DNA of 64,000 nucleotides from Candidatus Rariloculaceae bacterium (GTDB taxonomy: Bacteria; Pseudomonadota; Gammaproteobacteria; Steroidobacterales; Rariloculaceae). The stretch is taken from assembly GCA_965221035.1 (NCBI GenBank), contig OZ244860.1, positions 1,184,687-1,248,686 of the forward strand. Direction: 5' to 3'. Position 1 is the first letter of the stretch. Each line of letters starts with the position of its first letter. Below the pieces are notes generated by a model. It was not told where the DNA came from, searched no databases, and saw nothing but the letters and a program-made list of their open reading frames with translations. Position numbers and translations under genes: made by a program. Shown one piece after another: positions 25,767 to 34,882 of the stretch.

Positions 25767-27218
25767 CTATTTCAGCGGCGCCGATTGCCGGTCGTCCAGA
25801 ACCTTGCCGGGATTCATGATGCCGCGCGGGTCCAGTGCGTTCTTGAGCGTTCGCATCGTCGCAAGTGCAACCGGAGAGGCATAACGATGTAGCTCACCGC
25901 GCTTCAGGATGCCGATGCCGTGCTCGGCGCTGAAACTGCCCCCGAGACGCATTGCCAGATCATGTACGGCCCGCGTCATCTCCCGGGCCGGGCCGCCAGC
26001 GAAGTCTTCCAGCGCCATGCCGTCTGGCGGGCGCAGGTTGTAGTGCAGGTTGCCGTCGCCAAGGTGACCGAATACCGACAGCCGGAAAGTGCCCAGGTTC
26101 GTGAGGCGGCGCTCCGCTTCGTCCAGGAATTTCGGGATGGCCGAGACACTGACCGAAATATCGTGCTTGACCGAGCCGCCGGCGTGGCGCTCCGCCTCGG
26201 GGATCGACTCCCGCAGTCGCCACAGGGCGCTTCGCTGGCGGTCGCTGGCCGCCAGCATCCCGTCCAGGATCTCGCGTTCTTCAAGACCGGCCTGAAGGAC
26301 TTCCTCCACCGTGCGTTGCAAGCGGGACTCCAGGTCTCCGCCGGCCACTTCGAACAGCAGATAGTGCGGCCACCGGCGTTCCATGGGATCCCGGGTTCCC
26401 GGCACGAACTCGAGCACCAGTTCCAGCGAGGCACGAGAGATGTACTCTGCCGATGTGACCCGCTCGCCGCTGTACCGCTGCATTCGCCGCAGCACGGCGC
26501 AAGCCGCCGCCGGGGTCGGCACGGCGAGCCACCCGGTCTGCCGGCTTCGCGGCAGTGGCACAAGCTTCAGTACCGCGGCGGTGATGACCCCGAGCGTGCC
26601 CTCCGCACCGACCAGCAGCGACGTGAGATCGTAGCCGGTGTTGTCCTTGCGCAGCCCCTTCAGCCGGGACAGGACCTGGCCGTCGGGCAGTACCGCCTCG
26701 ATGCCCAGCACCAGGTCCCGCGCGTTCCCGTAGCGCAGCGCCGAAACGCCGCCCGCGTTGGTCGAGAGCACGCCGCCGATCTGGCAGGAACCCTCCGATC
26801 CCAGGCTGAGCGGAAACATCAAGCCGTGCTCTTCGGCGGCGGACTGCACCCGGGAGAGCACCATCCCCGCGTCCACGGTCATGGTCTGATTGACGGGATC
26901 GACCTCACGGATGCGGTTCATCCTGGAGAGGCTCAGCAGAATCTGGCCCCCGCCGTCGAAGGGTGTCGCCCCTCCGCAATAGCCTGTGTTGCCACCCTGG
27001 GGCACGACGCCGAAGTCCGCTTCCGAGCAGATCTCGATGATCCTGGCGCATTCCCGGGTGCTGGCAGGCCGAACGACCATCGCGGCCTGCCCCCGGTAGA
27101 TTCCGCGATAGTCGCGCAACAGGGGCACCGCCTCCCCTGCCGGCACCACGCCCCGCTCGCCGACCACTTCAGCGATCCGTCGCAGCGGGTCGGCCTTTGT
27201 GTTCGTCTGGTCTTGCAT
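25767..27218 (-). CDS. FAD-binding oxidoreductase (GlcD / D-2-hydroxyacid dehydrogenase family)
   Basis: FAD_binding_4-type N-terminus (VVPQGGNTGYCGGATP) and a C-terminal EHGIG motif. Start at the ATG at 27218. Confidence 0.85.
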   Translation of the reverse strand: MQDQTNTKADPLRRIAEVVGERGVVPAGEAVPLLRDYRGIYRGQAAMVVRPASTRECARIIEICSEADFGVVPQGGNTGYCGGATPFDGGGQILLSLSRMNRIREVDPVNQTMTVDAGMVLSRVQSAAEEHGLMFPLSLGSEGSCQIGGVLSTNAGGVSALRYGNARDLVLGIEAVLPDGQVLSRLKGLRKDNTGYDLTSLLVGAEGTLGVITAAVLKLVPLPRSRQTGWLAVPTPAAACAVLRRMQRYSGERVTSAEYISRASLELVLEFVPGTRDPMERRWPHYLLFEVAGGDLESRLQRTVEEVLQAGLEEREILDGMLAASDRQRSALWRLRESIPEAERHAGGSVKHDISVSVSAIPKFLDEAERRLTNLGTFRLSVFGHLGDGNLHYNLRPPDGMALEDFAGGPAREMTRAVHDLAMRLGGSFSAEHGIGILKRGELHRYASPVALATMRTLKNALDPRGIMNPGKVLDDRQSAPLK

Positions 27219-27287
27219 TGCCCGTGCAGGCCTTCTCGCGCGCCAAGATAGGTTCGATGTTACCAAGCGACAAGCAACGCGCCACCG

Positions 27288-27316
27288 TTGCCGCAAGGGA
27301 TACTAGCTGATAGATT
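27288..27316 (+). promoter_or_regulatory. Candidate sigma70 promoter of tRNA-Ser
   Basis: TTGCCG (27288-27293), 17-nt spacer, TAGATT (27311-27316), ending 7 nt before the mature tRNA 5' end. Confidence 0.5.
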
Positions 27317-27323
27317 CGCCCGC

Positions 27324-27413
27324 GGAGGGATGCCGGAGTGGTCGAACGGGCTTGACTCGAAATCAAGTGACGGGTTTACCCGTCCGTGGGTTCGAATCCC
27401 ACTCCCTCCGCCA
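27324..27413 (+). tRNA. tRNA-Ser (anticodon CGA)
   Basis: Hand-folded cloverleaf: acceptor GGAGGGA/TCCCTCC, 3-bp D stem, anticodon stem CTTGA/TCAAG with loop CTCGAAA, long variable arm GACGGG-TTT-CCCGTC (mismatch: actually GACGGG/CCCGTC pairs), T arm GTGGG-TTCGAAT-CCCAC, and an encoded CCA. Confidence 0.92.
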
Positions 27414-27510
27414 CAAAATACCGGGTCCGATATCAGCCTGGGCTGATTCCAATCACTAATCGGCCCATAAAATTGATATTTCTGGGCTGATTTGGCCTAC
27501 AATTCCCTCC

Positions 27511-28638
27511 ATGTGGGCTTGGGAACATCCAGATTGGCCGCGCTTCGTCATTGACGAAGAAGCCTTCGCGGGCCGCGCAGAGGCATTTCATCGCGCCGCC
27601 GAGCGCCTCTCCGGCAGCGTGTGGGCCATGAACGACGAGTGTCGCTCCGACACCGCGATCGAACTGATGCTTTCCGAAGCAATCGCCACGAGCGCCATCG
27701 AGGGGGAGGACCTCGACCGCGAATCGGTGCGTTCATCCCTCCTGGCGCACTTCGGCAAGGCGGTGGTCGGAACGAATGTCGACCCGAAAGCGGACGGCGC
27801 AGCGAGCCTCATCGTCGATACGAGGCGCAACTGGGACCGACCCCTGACGCACGAACTGCTGGGCTCGTGGCAAACGATGGCCGTCCCGGAAACGCTGTCC
27901 AGCGTGGCGATGCGCGGGGCGTATCGTACGGGCGAAATGCGCATCGTCAGCGGTCTGCCCGGCCGCCACCGCGTTCACTACGTCGCCCCACCGGCAATTC
28001 GAGTGCACGACGAAATGGAACGCTTTCTGGAGTGGTACAACACAGACGGCGAGAACCTGTCGGGACCGGTCCGCGCGACCGTCGCGCACATGTGGTTCGA
28101 ACGCATTCACCCCTTCGACGACGGCAATGGGCGGGTCGGCCGCGCGATCTCGGACCACGCGCTTTCCCAATCTCTCGGTCGACCGACGCTGGCCTGCCTG
28201 GCCACAGCCATCGAAGCGACCCGGAAGAAATACTACAAGGCGTTCGAGGAGTTCGACCGCAACGAAAGGCTCGACTTGAACGGTTTTGCCGAATACTTCA
28301 CCACTGCGATTGTCCGGTCTCAGGAGATCGCCATTGCGGAGGTCGCGTTCGTCCTGGACAAGAGCCGATTCTTCGATCAGCACCGCGAATCCATGAACGG
28401 GCGGCAGATCAAGGCTTTGGAACGTATGTTCATGGAAGGCAGGCGTGGATTTGAAGGTGGCATGTCCACGAAAAAGTACATGGCCATCACCAGGTGTTCC
28501 GCAACCACGGCCACCCGCGACTTGGCCGCACTGTGCGCCATGGGGGCGATGGTTTCGAGGGGTGCCGGGCGCGGCACGCGATATGAAATCTTCCATCCGC
28601 CCCCGGCGCTCGAAGGGCAACGCGGGTTTGCGCGGTAA
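27511..28638 (+). CDS. Fic-family protein (DUF4172-type N-terminus; AMPylase-type active site)
   Basis: 375 aa with the Fic motif HPFDDGNGRVGR and an intramolecular inhibitory-helix-like motif TSAIEG upstream, matching (S/T)xxxE(G/N). Confidence 0.9.
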   Translation: MWAWEHPDWPRFVIDEEAFAGRAEAFHRAAERLSGSVWAMNDECRSDTAIELMLSEAIATSAIEGEDLDRESVRSSLLAHFGKAVVGTNVDPKADGAASLIVDTRRNWDRPLTHELLGSWQTMAVPETLSSVAMRGAYRTGEMRIVSGLPGRHRVHYVAPPAIRVHDEMERFLEWYNTDGENLSGPVRATVAHMWFERIHPFDDGNGRVGRAISDHALSQSLGRPTLACLATAIEATRKKYYKAFEEFDRNERLDLNGFAEYFTTAIVRSQEIAIAEVAFVLDKSRFFDQHRESMNGRQIKALERMFMEGRRGFEGGMSTKKYMAITRCSATTATRDLAALCAMGAMVSRGAGRGTRYEIFHPPPALEGQRGFAR

Positions 28639-28653
28639 CCGACTGCCGGGATT

Positions 28654-28938
28654 TCAATCCTTGTCGACGACCTCGTCGAGCGTCGTCTCGGCCGCGTCGA
28701 ACATGCGGGCAAGCACCCGCCGGTGCTGTTGCTTCAGCTGCTCGACCTGCTGCCAGAGCACGTCCGAGATCCGCTTCATGGCTTTCTCGCGCAACTCGGG
28801 AGAAAGCGCCTTGTCATTCTTGAATTCGTATTTCTCGATGGTGAACTCGGCGATGTCCGAAATGTTGTCACCGACGATATTGAAATCCACCGCGTACCGG
28901 ACGGTGAGTATTTTTTCTTCGACGCCGCTGTCCGCCAT
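28654..28938 (-). CDS. Hypothetical acidic 94-aa protein
   Basis: ORF only, with locally lower G+C. No motif I recognise. Lies 63 nt downstream of the STAS gene on the same strand. Confidence 0.45.
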   Translation of the reverse strand: MADSGVEEKILTVRYAVDFNIVGDNISDIAEFTIEKYEFKNDKALSPELREKAMKRISDVLWQQVEQLKQQHRRVLARMFDAAETTLDEVVDKD

Positions 28939-29001
28939 CCCGGTCGCTCCGGCTGGATCTCGGGGGAGTGTCTCGATCCGAGGGGTTGCCGTTGCCAGCG
29001 G

Positions 29002-29340
29002 TCAGCTGTTGACAGCAGCGAGGGCGTCGGCCCGCGACGAATGGACGGAGATGATCTGGTCGAAGCCGCTGATCCGAAAGACCTCCGCTATCGGCTCGGA
29101 GAGCGAGCAAAGCGCAAATCCGGCTTGCCGCTGTCCCATCGTCTTGGCAATCAGCAGGATGGCCCGCAGGCCGGCACTGCTGATGTAGGAAAGGTCTGCG
29201 CAGTCGATGATGACCGGCCCCTCGCAATCGCGAATCGCGGATTGGGCGGCGGCCTCGAACTCCCCCGCGTTGGAGCCGTCGATCCGGCCCGCTGCCCTGG
29301 CGATCAATACACCCTCGGTGTTCTCGGTGTTCAGTTCCAT
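29002..29340 (-). CDS. STAS-domain anti-sigma-factor antagonist
   Basis: 112 aa from the ATG at 29340 with the SpoIIAA/RsbV-like pattern (IDCADLSYISSAGLRAILL...FRISGFDQII). Confidence 0.8.
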   Translation of the reverse strand: MELNTENTEGVLIARAAGRIDGSNAGEFEAAAQSAIRDCEGPVIIDCADLSYISSAGLRAILLIAKTMGQRQAGFALCSLSEPIAEVFRISGFDQIISVHSSRADALAAVNS

Positions 29341-29449
29341 TTGCCCACGCTTCCGGTATGGCTTCAGGTGCGGCGCAGTATACCAATTGCCCATGGCTTG
29401 ACAACGACGGAAAAGCCCTCGGGGTTCCGCCGTGATCCGGCGATGGGCG

Positions 29450-29764
29450 CTACCCGGCCTCGTCAGCGGCTTCGCAGCGCCAGCAGGCCGCGAATTGGCC
29501 TTCGTTGCTTTCGCCGCAGCGTCGGCAACGCCAGGGGCCGCGCGGGGGTTCGGTTTGCTCCAACCTCTGGATCAGCGCCTCCGCCCTGGGCAGATCGCTG
29601 TCCTGCAGCACCCACAATTCCGGGAGACACTCCAGGAACGGGATCTCCCCCAGACCGCCGGACAGTTGCTCGTTCTTGACCAGGCAGGCGATTCCCGACT
29701 GCTCCAGCAGGTTGCGGACATGGCTCACGTGGGCCAGGGACTCGTGTGAAATGAGTCGCTTCAT
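29450..29764 (-). CDS. DUF2007-like small protein with C-terminal zinc ribbon
   Basis: 104 aa with an N-terminal pattern (AHVSHVRNLLEQSGIACLVKNE...) and a C-terminal CRRCGESNEGQFAACWRC four-Cys motif. Confidence 0.6.
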   Translation of the reverse strand: MKRLISHESLAHVSHVRNLLEQSGIACLVKNEQLSGGLGEIPFLECLPELWVLQDSDLPRAEALIQRLEQTEPPRGPWRCRRCGESNEGQFAACWRCEAADEAG

Positions 29765-29774
29765 GGCGTGGGCA

Positions 29775-30536
29775 TCAGGGACGCAGGCCGGTCAGGAAAT
29801 CGCCCGCGTTGCCGCCGCGTTCCAGCACCTCCACCAGCGCGGAGCCGACGATCACGCCGTCCGCGCAACGGGCGATACGCGCCACCTGCTCCCTGGAGCG
29901 GACGCCGAAACCGGCGCACACCGGTACCCGCGACCGCGCCTTGACGGTGCCAAGGTACTCGGTCAGTTCCGCCGGCAAGTCCACGGCCCCGCCGGTGATC
30001 CCCGTGCGGGTGACCGCGTAGACGAATCCCTGGCTCTTTGCACACAACTGCGCAAGGCGTCCCGCGGACGTCGCCGGCGTCACCATCTGCACCAGCGCCA
30101 GTCCTTCCGCCTCAAGGTGCCCTCTGAACGGCGCGCTTTCCTCAAAGGGCAGGTCGGGCACGATGAAGCCGCTCACTCCCGCCTCGCGGGCACGGACCGC
30201 GAGCTTGTCGAAACCGTAAGCCAGCAACGGATTCAGGTAGCTCATCAACAGCAGCGGGGCTCCCGGCGGAGCCCGTCGGCCGGCCAGCTGGTCCAGGATC
30301 CACCGCAGGCTCACGCCGCCCTCGAGGGCCGCGTGGCTGGAACGCTGGATGGTCACGCCGTCCGCCATCGGATCGGTGAAGGGAACGCCGATCTCTACGG
30401 CATCCGCGGCCGCCTCGACCTGGGAGAGGATCTCCAGAAAGCGGTCCGGCGCCGGATATCCGGCGGTGAGGAAGGCGATGATCGCCGGGCCGTCGGCTGC
30501 TTCCAGCGCCTGCCGGAGATTGTCATGCGGCGTCAT
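29775..30536 (-). CDS. trpA: Tryptophan synthase alpha chain
   Basis: 253 aa with TrpA blocks (EIGVPFTDPMADG, SYLNP, GFGV). Confidence 0.95.
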   Translation of the reverse strand: MTPHDNLRQALEAADGPAIIAFLTAGYPAPDRFLEILSQVEAAADAVEIGVPFTDPMADGVTIQRSSHAALEGGVSLRWILDQLAGRRAPPGAPLLLMSYLNPLLAYGFDKLAVRAREAGVSGFIVPDLPFEESAPFRGHLEAEGLALVQMVTPATSAGRLAQLCAKSQGFVYAVTRTGITGGAVDLPAELTEYLGTVKARSRVPVCAGFGVRSREQVARIARCADGVIVGSALVEVLERGGNAGDFLTGLRP

Positions 30537-31803
30537 TGGAGGCCTCCTCCAGCGCGGTGGCGCCGACCGGGAAACGTCGCAGGATCGGCATGTCCTTGTC
30601 GCCGCGGCCGGACAGGCCGATCAATATCCTCGATCCGGGATGGTCGGCGGCCCAGCGCCGGGCGCCGGCAATGGCATGGGCGCTTTCAAGCGCCGGCAGT
30701 ATGCCTTCGGCCCCGCAACACTCGGCAACGGCATCCAGTGCCTCGTCGTCCCCGGCGGTGACGTAATCCACCCGGCCGATCATCTGCAGCAGGGCGTGTT
30801 CCGGGCCAACGCCCGGATAGTCCAATCCCGCTGAAACGGAATGGGTCTCCTGGATCTGTCCATCGTCATCGTAGAGCAGCATGGAATGCGCGCCGTGCAA
30901 CACTCCGGGCCGTCCGCCGCCCAGGGTCGCGGAATTGTCTCCCAAGGACACGCCCCGCCCTCCGGCCTCCACGCCCACCAGCTTGACGCCCTCGTCACCG
31001 ATGAATTCGTGAAACAGGCCGATGGCGTTGGAACCGCCACCGACACAGGCGAACACGGCGTCCGGCGGCCCCGCCCGCTCGGCGAGCTGGGCCTTTGCCT
31101 CACGGCCGATAACGGCCTGAAGCTCCCGCACCAGATACGGATATGGATGCGGGCCCACGGCGGATCCCAGCAGGTAGTGGGTCCCCTCCGGATCCGCCAC
31201 CCAGTCGCGGATCGCCTCGTCGATGGCGGCCCTCAGGGTCCGGTCCCCGGAGGTGACCGGGACCACGGATGCGCCAAGCCGATGCATGCGGTCCACGTTG
31301 GGAGCCTGACGCTCCACGTCCACTTCGCCCATGTAGACCACGCAGGGCAAACCCAGCCGGGCACAGGCGGCCGCCGCGGCGACGCCGTGTTGCCCTGCCC
31401 CCGTTTCGGCGACGATCCGGCGTGCACCCAGTGCCTGCGCCAGCAGGCCCTGGCCGATGGCATTGTTGATCTTGTGGGCGCCGGTGTGGGTGAGATCCTC
31501 GCGCTTCAACCACACTTCCGCGCCCCACCGGTCCGACAGTCCCTCCGCCCGGGTCATCGCCGTCGGTCGACCGACCCAGTCCCGCAATTCCCGGTCCAGC
31601 CGACCGCGAAACGCCTCGTCCGGCAATAGACGGTACACGCCCTCGGTAAGCCGATGAACGGCCGGTATGAGCGTTTCGGGAACAAAGCGGCCGCCGAAGG
31701 GACCGAACCGGCCTTTGGCGTCAGGCAGTCTCCCTTCCACGAGTTCCCGAAGCAGCCGGGCCCGTTCGGCCGACGTCGGGGAGGTATCTGGATTAGTGGA
31801 CAT
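30523..31803 (-). CDS. trpB: Tryptophan synthase beta chain
   Basis: PLP-lysine block (LKREDLTHTGAHKINN, GGGSNAIG). Start at the ATG at 31803; overlaps trpA by 14 nt. Confidence 0.95.
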   Translation of the reverse strand: MSTNPDTSPTSAERARLLRELVEGRLPDAKGRFGPFGGRFVPETLIPAVHRLTEGVYRLLPDEAFRGRLDRELRDWVGRPTAMTRAEGLSDRWGAEVWLKREDLTHTGAHKINNAIGQGLLAQALGARRIVAETGAGQHGVAAAAACARLGLPCVVYMGEVDVERQAPNVDRMHRLGASVVPVTSGDRTLRAAIDEAIRDWVADPEGTHYLLGSAVGPHPYPYLVRELQAVIGREAKAQLAERAGPPDAVFACVGGGSNAIGLFHEFIGDEGVKLVGVEAGGRGVSLGDNSATLGGGRPGVLHGAHSMLLYDDDGQIQETHSVSAGLDYPGVGPEHALLQMIGRVDYVTAGDDEALDAVAECCGAEGILPALESAHAIAGARRWAADHPGSRILIGLSGRGDKDMPILRRFPVGATALEEASNDAA

Positions 31804-32392
31804 GTACGCGTTCTCTTTCCGTCGCCCGTGCCCGGGCAATGAATTCACTGATCTTGCGGGGATCCTTGATGCCCCTTGAACGTTCCACCCCGCTGGACAC
31901 GTCCACACCCCATGGCCGGACTGTCTCGATGGCATCGGCGACATTGTCGCAGTCGAGACCGCCGGCGAGGATCACCCGCGTGCGGGCCGCTATCCGGGCG
32001 GCTCCGCGCCAGTCCGCGCGTTCGCCCCGGCCGCTGCGGGCACCTTCGACAAGAATCCGCGCGGGCCACCGCCGCGGTTTCGTTTCGCCGTCACGAAATA
32101 CCGGCAGGCGTTCGCAATTCAGCCTTCCCAGGGAGGCGAAATCCTCGGCATCGGTCTGCAGCCAGTCGGGCTCGAATACGTCCCTCACCCGCTCCCAGTC
32201 CTCGACAGCGGGGTGATGCATCACCGCGACTCGAACCACTCGGCCTTCAACCGCATCGCATAGGGAACGCGCCCGTTCGGGGGTCACCTGCCTGGGCGAA
32301 CGGGCGAACACGAAACCCAGCGCATCGGCGCCGGCGGCAACCGCGGCATCGATGTCCGCGGTCGTGGTCAATCCGCAGATCTTTATGAACAC
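31793..32392 (-). CDS. trpF: Phosphoribosylanthranilate isomerase
   Basis: VFIKICGLTT...DALGFVF... pattern, about 199 aa. No ATG is available, so GTG at 32392 is chosen; the longer track ORF is an in-frame read-through of the trpC 3' end. Confidence 0.85.
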   Translation of the reverse strand: MFIKICGLTTTADIDAAVAAGADALGFVFARSPRQVTPERARSLCDAVEGRVVRVAVMHHPAVEDWERVRDVFEPDWLQTDAEDFASLGRLNCERLPVFRDGETKPRRWPARILVEGARSGRGERADWRGAARIAARTRVILAGGLDCDNVADAIETVRPWGVDVSSGVERSRGIKDPRKISEFIARARATERERVHVH

Positions 32393-33249
32393 GACTCCGT
32401 CCTCAACGACCGAGCCCCAGCCGCCGCCATGGCAGCCAATTCCCGTCGCGCGTCCGGTGCCCGCATCAGCGCCGTACCGACCAGCGCCGCGCGAAAACCC
32501 AATGACGCGACGGTCACGATGTCTTCCACCGCGTCGATGCCGCTTTCCGCCACCGCAGGCAGGTTGGGGGGCAGGTACGGCGCCAATTGGCGGAACCGCT
32601 CGCGATTGACCGCCAGGTCCCGCAGGTTCCGGCAATTGACGCCGCACAGCCATTGCGCGGAATCGTCCGGCCGCGCCGCAAGCCTGGCGATGCGATCGAG
32701 ATCCGCCTCGTCGAAGGCCTCGAGCAGGACGAACAGCCCGCACTGCGCCGCGCAATCCAGCAATTCCAGGACTTCGGGGTCGCTGAGCATGGTCACGATC
32801 ACCAGTACGCCACCGGCGCCCGCCGCCCGAGCCTCAAGGACCTGATACGGCTCGGTGAGAAAGTCCTTGCGCATGGCGGGTATGCCGTCTGCCTTCAACG
32901 CCTGCGCGGCTTCCCCCAGATCCTCCAGGCTGCCGCGAAAGGCCTCAGGCTCGGTGAGTACGGAAACAGCGACGGCACCGCCGGCCCCGTAGGCCCGGAC
33001 CTGCGCCGCGCGGTCGAAGTCCCGCCCCGCCAGCGGTCCCGACGAGGGGGAACGGCACTTGAGTTCCGCGATCATGCTGAACTCCCGCAGCCGCAATGGC
33101 GGTGGTTCGGGCGTTGCCAGCGCGCGTTCGAGCAGCGCGCCTTCGGGTTCCCTCCGTCGGGCCGCGCGGACGCGTTCACGGCTGCCGCTGGCCATCCTCC
33201 GAAGAAAGGATTCGCCCGGGTCAGGTTGCACCGCGGCCATCGTCGTCAC
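32383..33249 (-). CDS. trpC: Indole-3-glycerol phosphate synthase
   Basis: 288 aa with IGPS blocks (IAELKCRSPS, VSVLTE, RKDF, GVNCRNL). Confidence 0.93.
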   Translation of the reverse strand: MTTMAAVQPDPGESFLRRMASGSRERVRAARRREPEGALLERALATPEPPPLRLREFSMIAELKCRSPSSGPLAGRDFDRAAQVRAYGAGGAVAVSVLTEPEAFRGSLEDLGEAAQALKADGIPAMRKDFLTEPYQVLEARAAGAGGVLVIVTMLSDPEVLELLDCAAQCGLFVLLEAFDEADLDRIARLAARPDDSAQWLCGVNCRNLRDLAVNRERFRQLAPYLPPNLPAVAESGIDAVEDIVTVASLGFRAALVGTALMRAPDARRELAAMAAAGARSLRTESCS

Positions 33250-34277
33250 TTCGCGCCGGACGCGAATGATTCAAGTTTCTCGACAAATCGGCGCCCGCCG
33301 CCCGCCTCGACAACCTCGCGGGCACGCTGGACCGCGCTGCGGGCGTCCGGCACCGCGCCGGTCACCTCCAGCGCCAGCGCGGCGCCGAGAACCAGGGCAT
33401 CGCGGTGCGCGCTGGTGTCCCGACCGCACAGCGCCTCGCGTAGCCGGGCCGCGTTCTCCTCCGGCCCTCCACCCTTCAGCGCCTCCTCCGGGCACCGCGC
33501 CAGCCCGTAGTCCAGCGGGTCGCGCACTTCCCTGGTCACCGATCCCGGCCGCACGTCGAAGCAGACGAAGGGCCCCACCGGCGTGGGCTCGTCCCAGCCA
33601 GCGGCTCCATGCACCACCAGGCTTCGCACCGCCTCCAGGCCCGAAAGCGTCTCGGCCATCAGTTCGGCCATGGGCTCGCTGAACGCGCCGATGACATGGA
33701 AGGGCGGTCTGGCGGGATTGGTCAGCGGCCCGAGGATGTTGAACATCGTGCGCACGCCCATGGCCGCGCGCACCGGCGCGATGTGGCGCATGGCGGGATG
33801 GTGCCGGGGCGCGAACAGGAAGGTAAATCCGGTCTCGCGCAGGCAGGCACCGACCTTCCCGTCCTCCAGCGGCACGGGCATGCCCAGCGCCATCAGCACA
33901 TCGGCGCTGCCGGAGCGGCTGGAGATGGATCGGTTGCCATGCTTGACGATCCGCGCTCCGCAGGCCGCCGCCAGCAGGGCACTGCCGGTCGACAGGTTGA
34001 GGCTGGAAGATCCGTCGCCGCCTGTGCCGACGATATCCACATAGTCCCCTTCTTCGGGTATGTCCGGCCTGACCGCCAGGTCGCGCATGGCCCGGGCAGC
34101 GCCCCTGATCTCGGCCGCAACCTCTCCCTTCGCCCGGAGGGCCGCAAGCAGCCCGCCGGCCAACGGCTGGGGAAGTTCGCCCGCGCCCATGGTGCGCAGC
34201 ATGGACTCGGATTCGGACTCTGTGAGGTGACTCCCCGCGAGTACCTTTTCCAGCAATGCCGCACCCTCGAAACTCAC
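33246..34277 (-). CDS. trpD: Anthranilate phosphoribosyltransferase
   Basis: 343 aa (DIVGTGGDG, KHGNRSISSRSGSADV). Confidence 0.94.
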   Translation of the reverse strand: MSFEGAALLEKVLAGSHLTESESESMLRTMGAGELPQPLAGGLLAALRAKGEVAAEIRGAARAMRDLAVRPDIPEEGDYVDIVGTGGDGSSSLNLSTGSALLAAACGARIVKHGNRSISSRSGSADVLMALGMPVPLEDGKVGACLRETGFTFLFAPRHHPAMRHIAPVRAAMGVRTMFNILGPLTNPARPPFHVIGAFSEPMAELMAETLSGLEAVRSLVVHGAAGWDEPTPVGPFVCFDVRPGSVTREVRDPLDYGLARCPEEALKGGGPEENAARLREALCGRDTSAHRDALVLGAALALEVTGAVPDARSAVQRAREVVEAGGGRRFVEKLESFASGAK

Positions 34278-34882
34278 CGGCCACCTCCACGATCATCGAC
34301 TTCGGAACCCTCGAAGCCGAGAAAATTTGCAAGCAGTGCCGGGCCGTCGGGCGTCAGCACGCTCTCAGGATGATATTGCACTCCCTCCACCTGCAGACTT
34401 CTGTGGCGTACACCCATGATTTCGCCGTCCCCGGTCCGTGCGGTGACCCTTAGAACGTCCGGAACACTGTCGCGGCGTGCCGCAAGCGAATGATAGCGAC
34501 CGGCTTCGAACGGGTCCGGCAAACCGCGATGGATGCCGGTACCGTCGTGGTTGACCCGGGATGTCTTGCCGTGCATCAGACTGCCTGCAGAGACGATCTC
34601 GCCGCCGAAGTGCTCCACGATGCACTGGTGTCCCAGGCAAACCCCGAGAACCGGAATCCTGCCGGCAAACCGCGCGATCATCTCCAGCGAAACGCCGGCA
34701 TCCGAGGGCCTGCCGGGTCCCGGTGAGACGACCAGGTGGGTCGGGTTGTGCGACTCGGCGGCATCCGCATCGATGGCATCGTTTCGGAACACCGTGACTT
34801 CCGCGTCCAGCACGAGGAACGCCTGCACCAGGTTGTAGGTGAAGGAGTCGTAATTGTCGATCAACAGCAGCCGCGCGCTCAA
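34274..34882 (-). CDS. trpG: Anthranilate synthase component II (glutamine amidotransferase)
   Basis: 202 aa (LLIDNYDSFTYNL, GVCLGHQ, QYHPES). Confidence 0.94.
   Translation of the reverse strand: MSARLLLIDNYDSFTYNLVQAFLVLDAEVTVFRNDAIDADAAESHNPTHLVVSPGPGRPSDAGVSLEMIARFAGRIPVLGVCLGHQCIVEHFGGEIVSAGSLMHGKTSRVNHDGTGIHRGLPDPFEAGRYHSLAARRDSVPDVLRVTARTGDGEIMGVRHRSLQVEGVQYHPESVLTPDGPALLANFLGFEGSEVDDRGGGR

Noticed and set aside
27414-29770. tRNA-Ser-bounded integrative island with a direct repeat of the tRNA 3' end
   Set aside because: I could not find by eye a second copy of the tRNA 3' segment (TTCGAATCCCACTCCCTCCGCCA) downstream, and no integrase is present. It is kept only as a low-confidence accessory patch.
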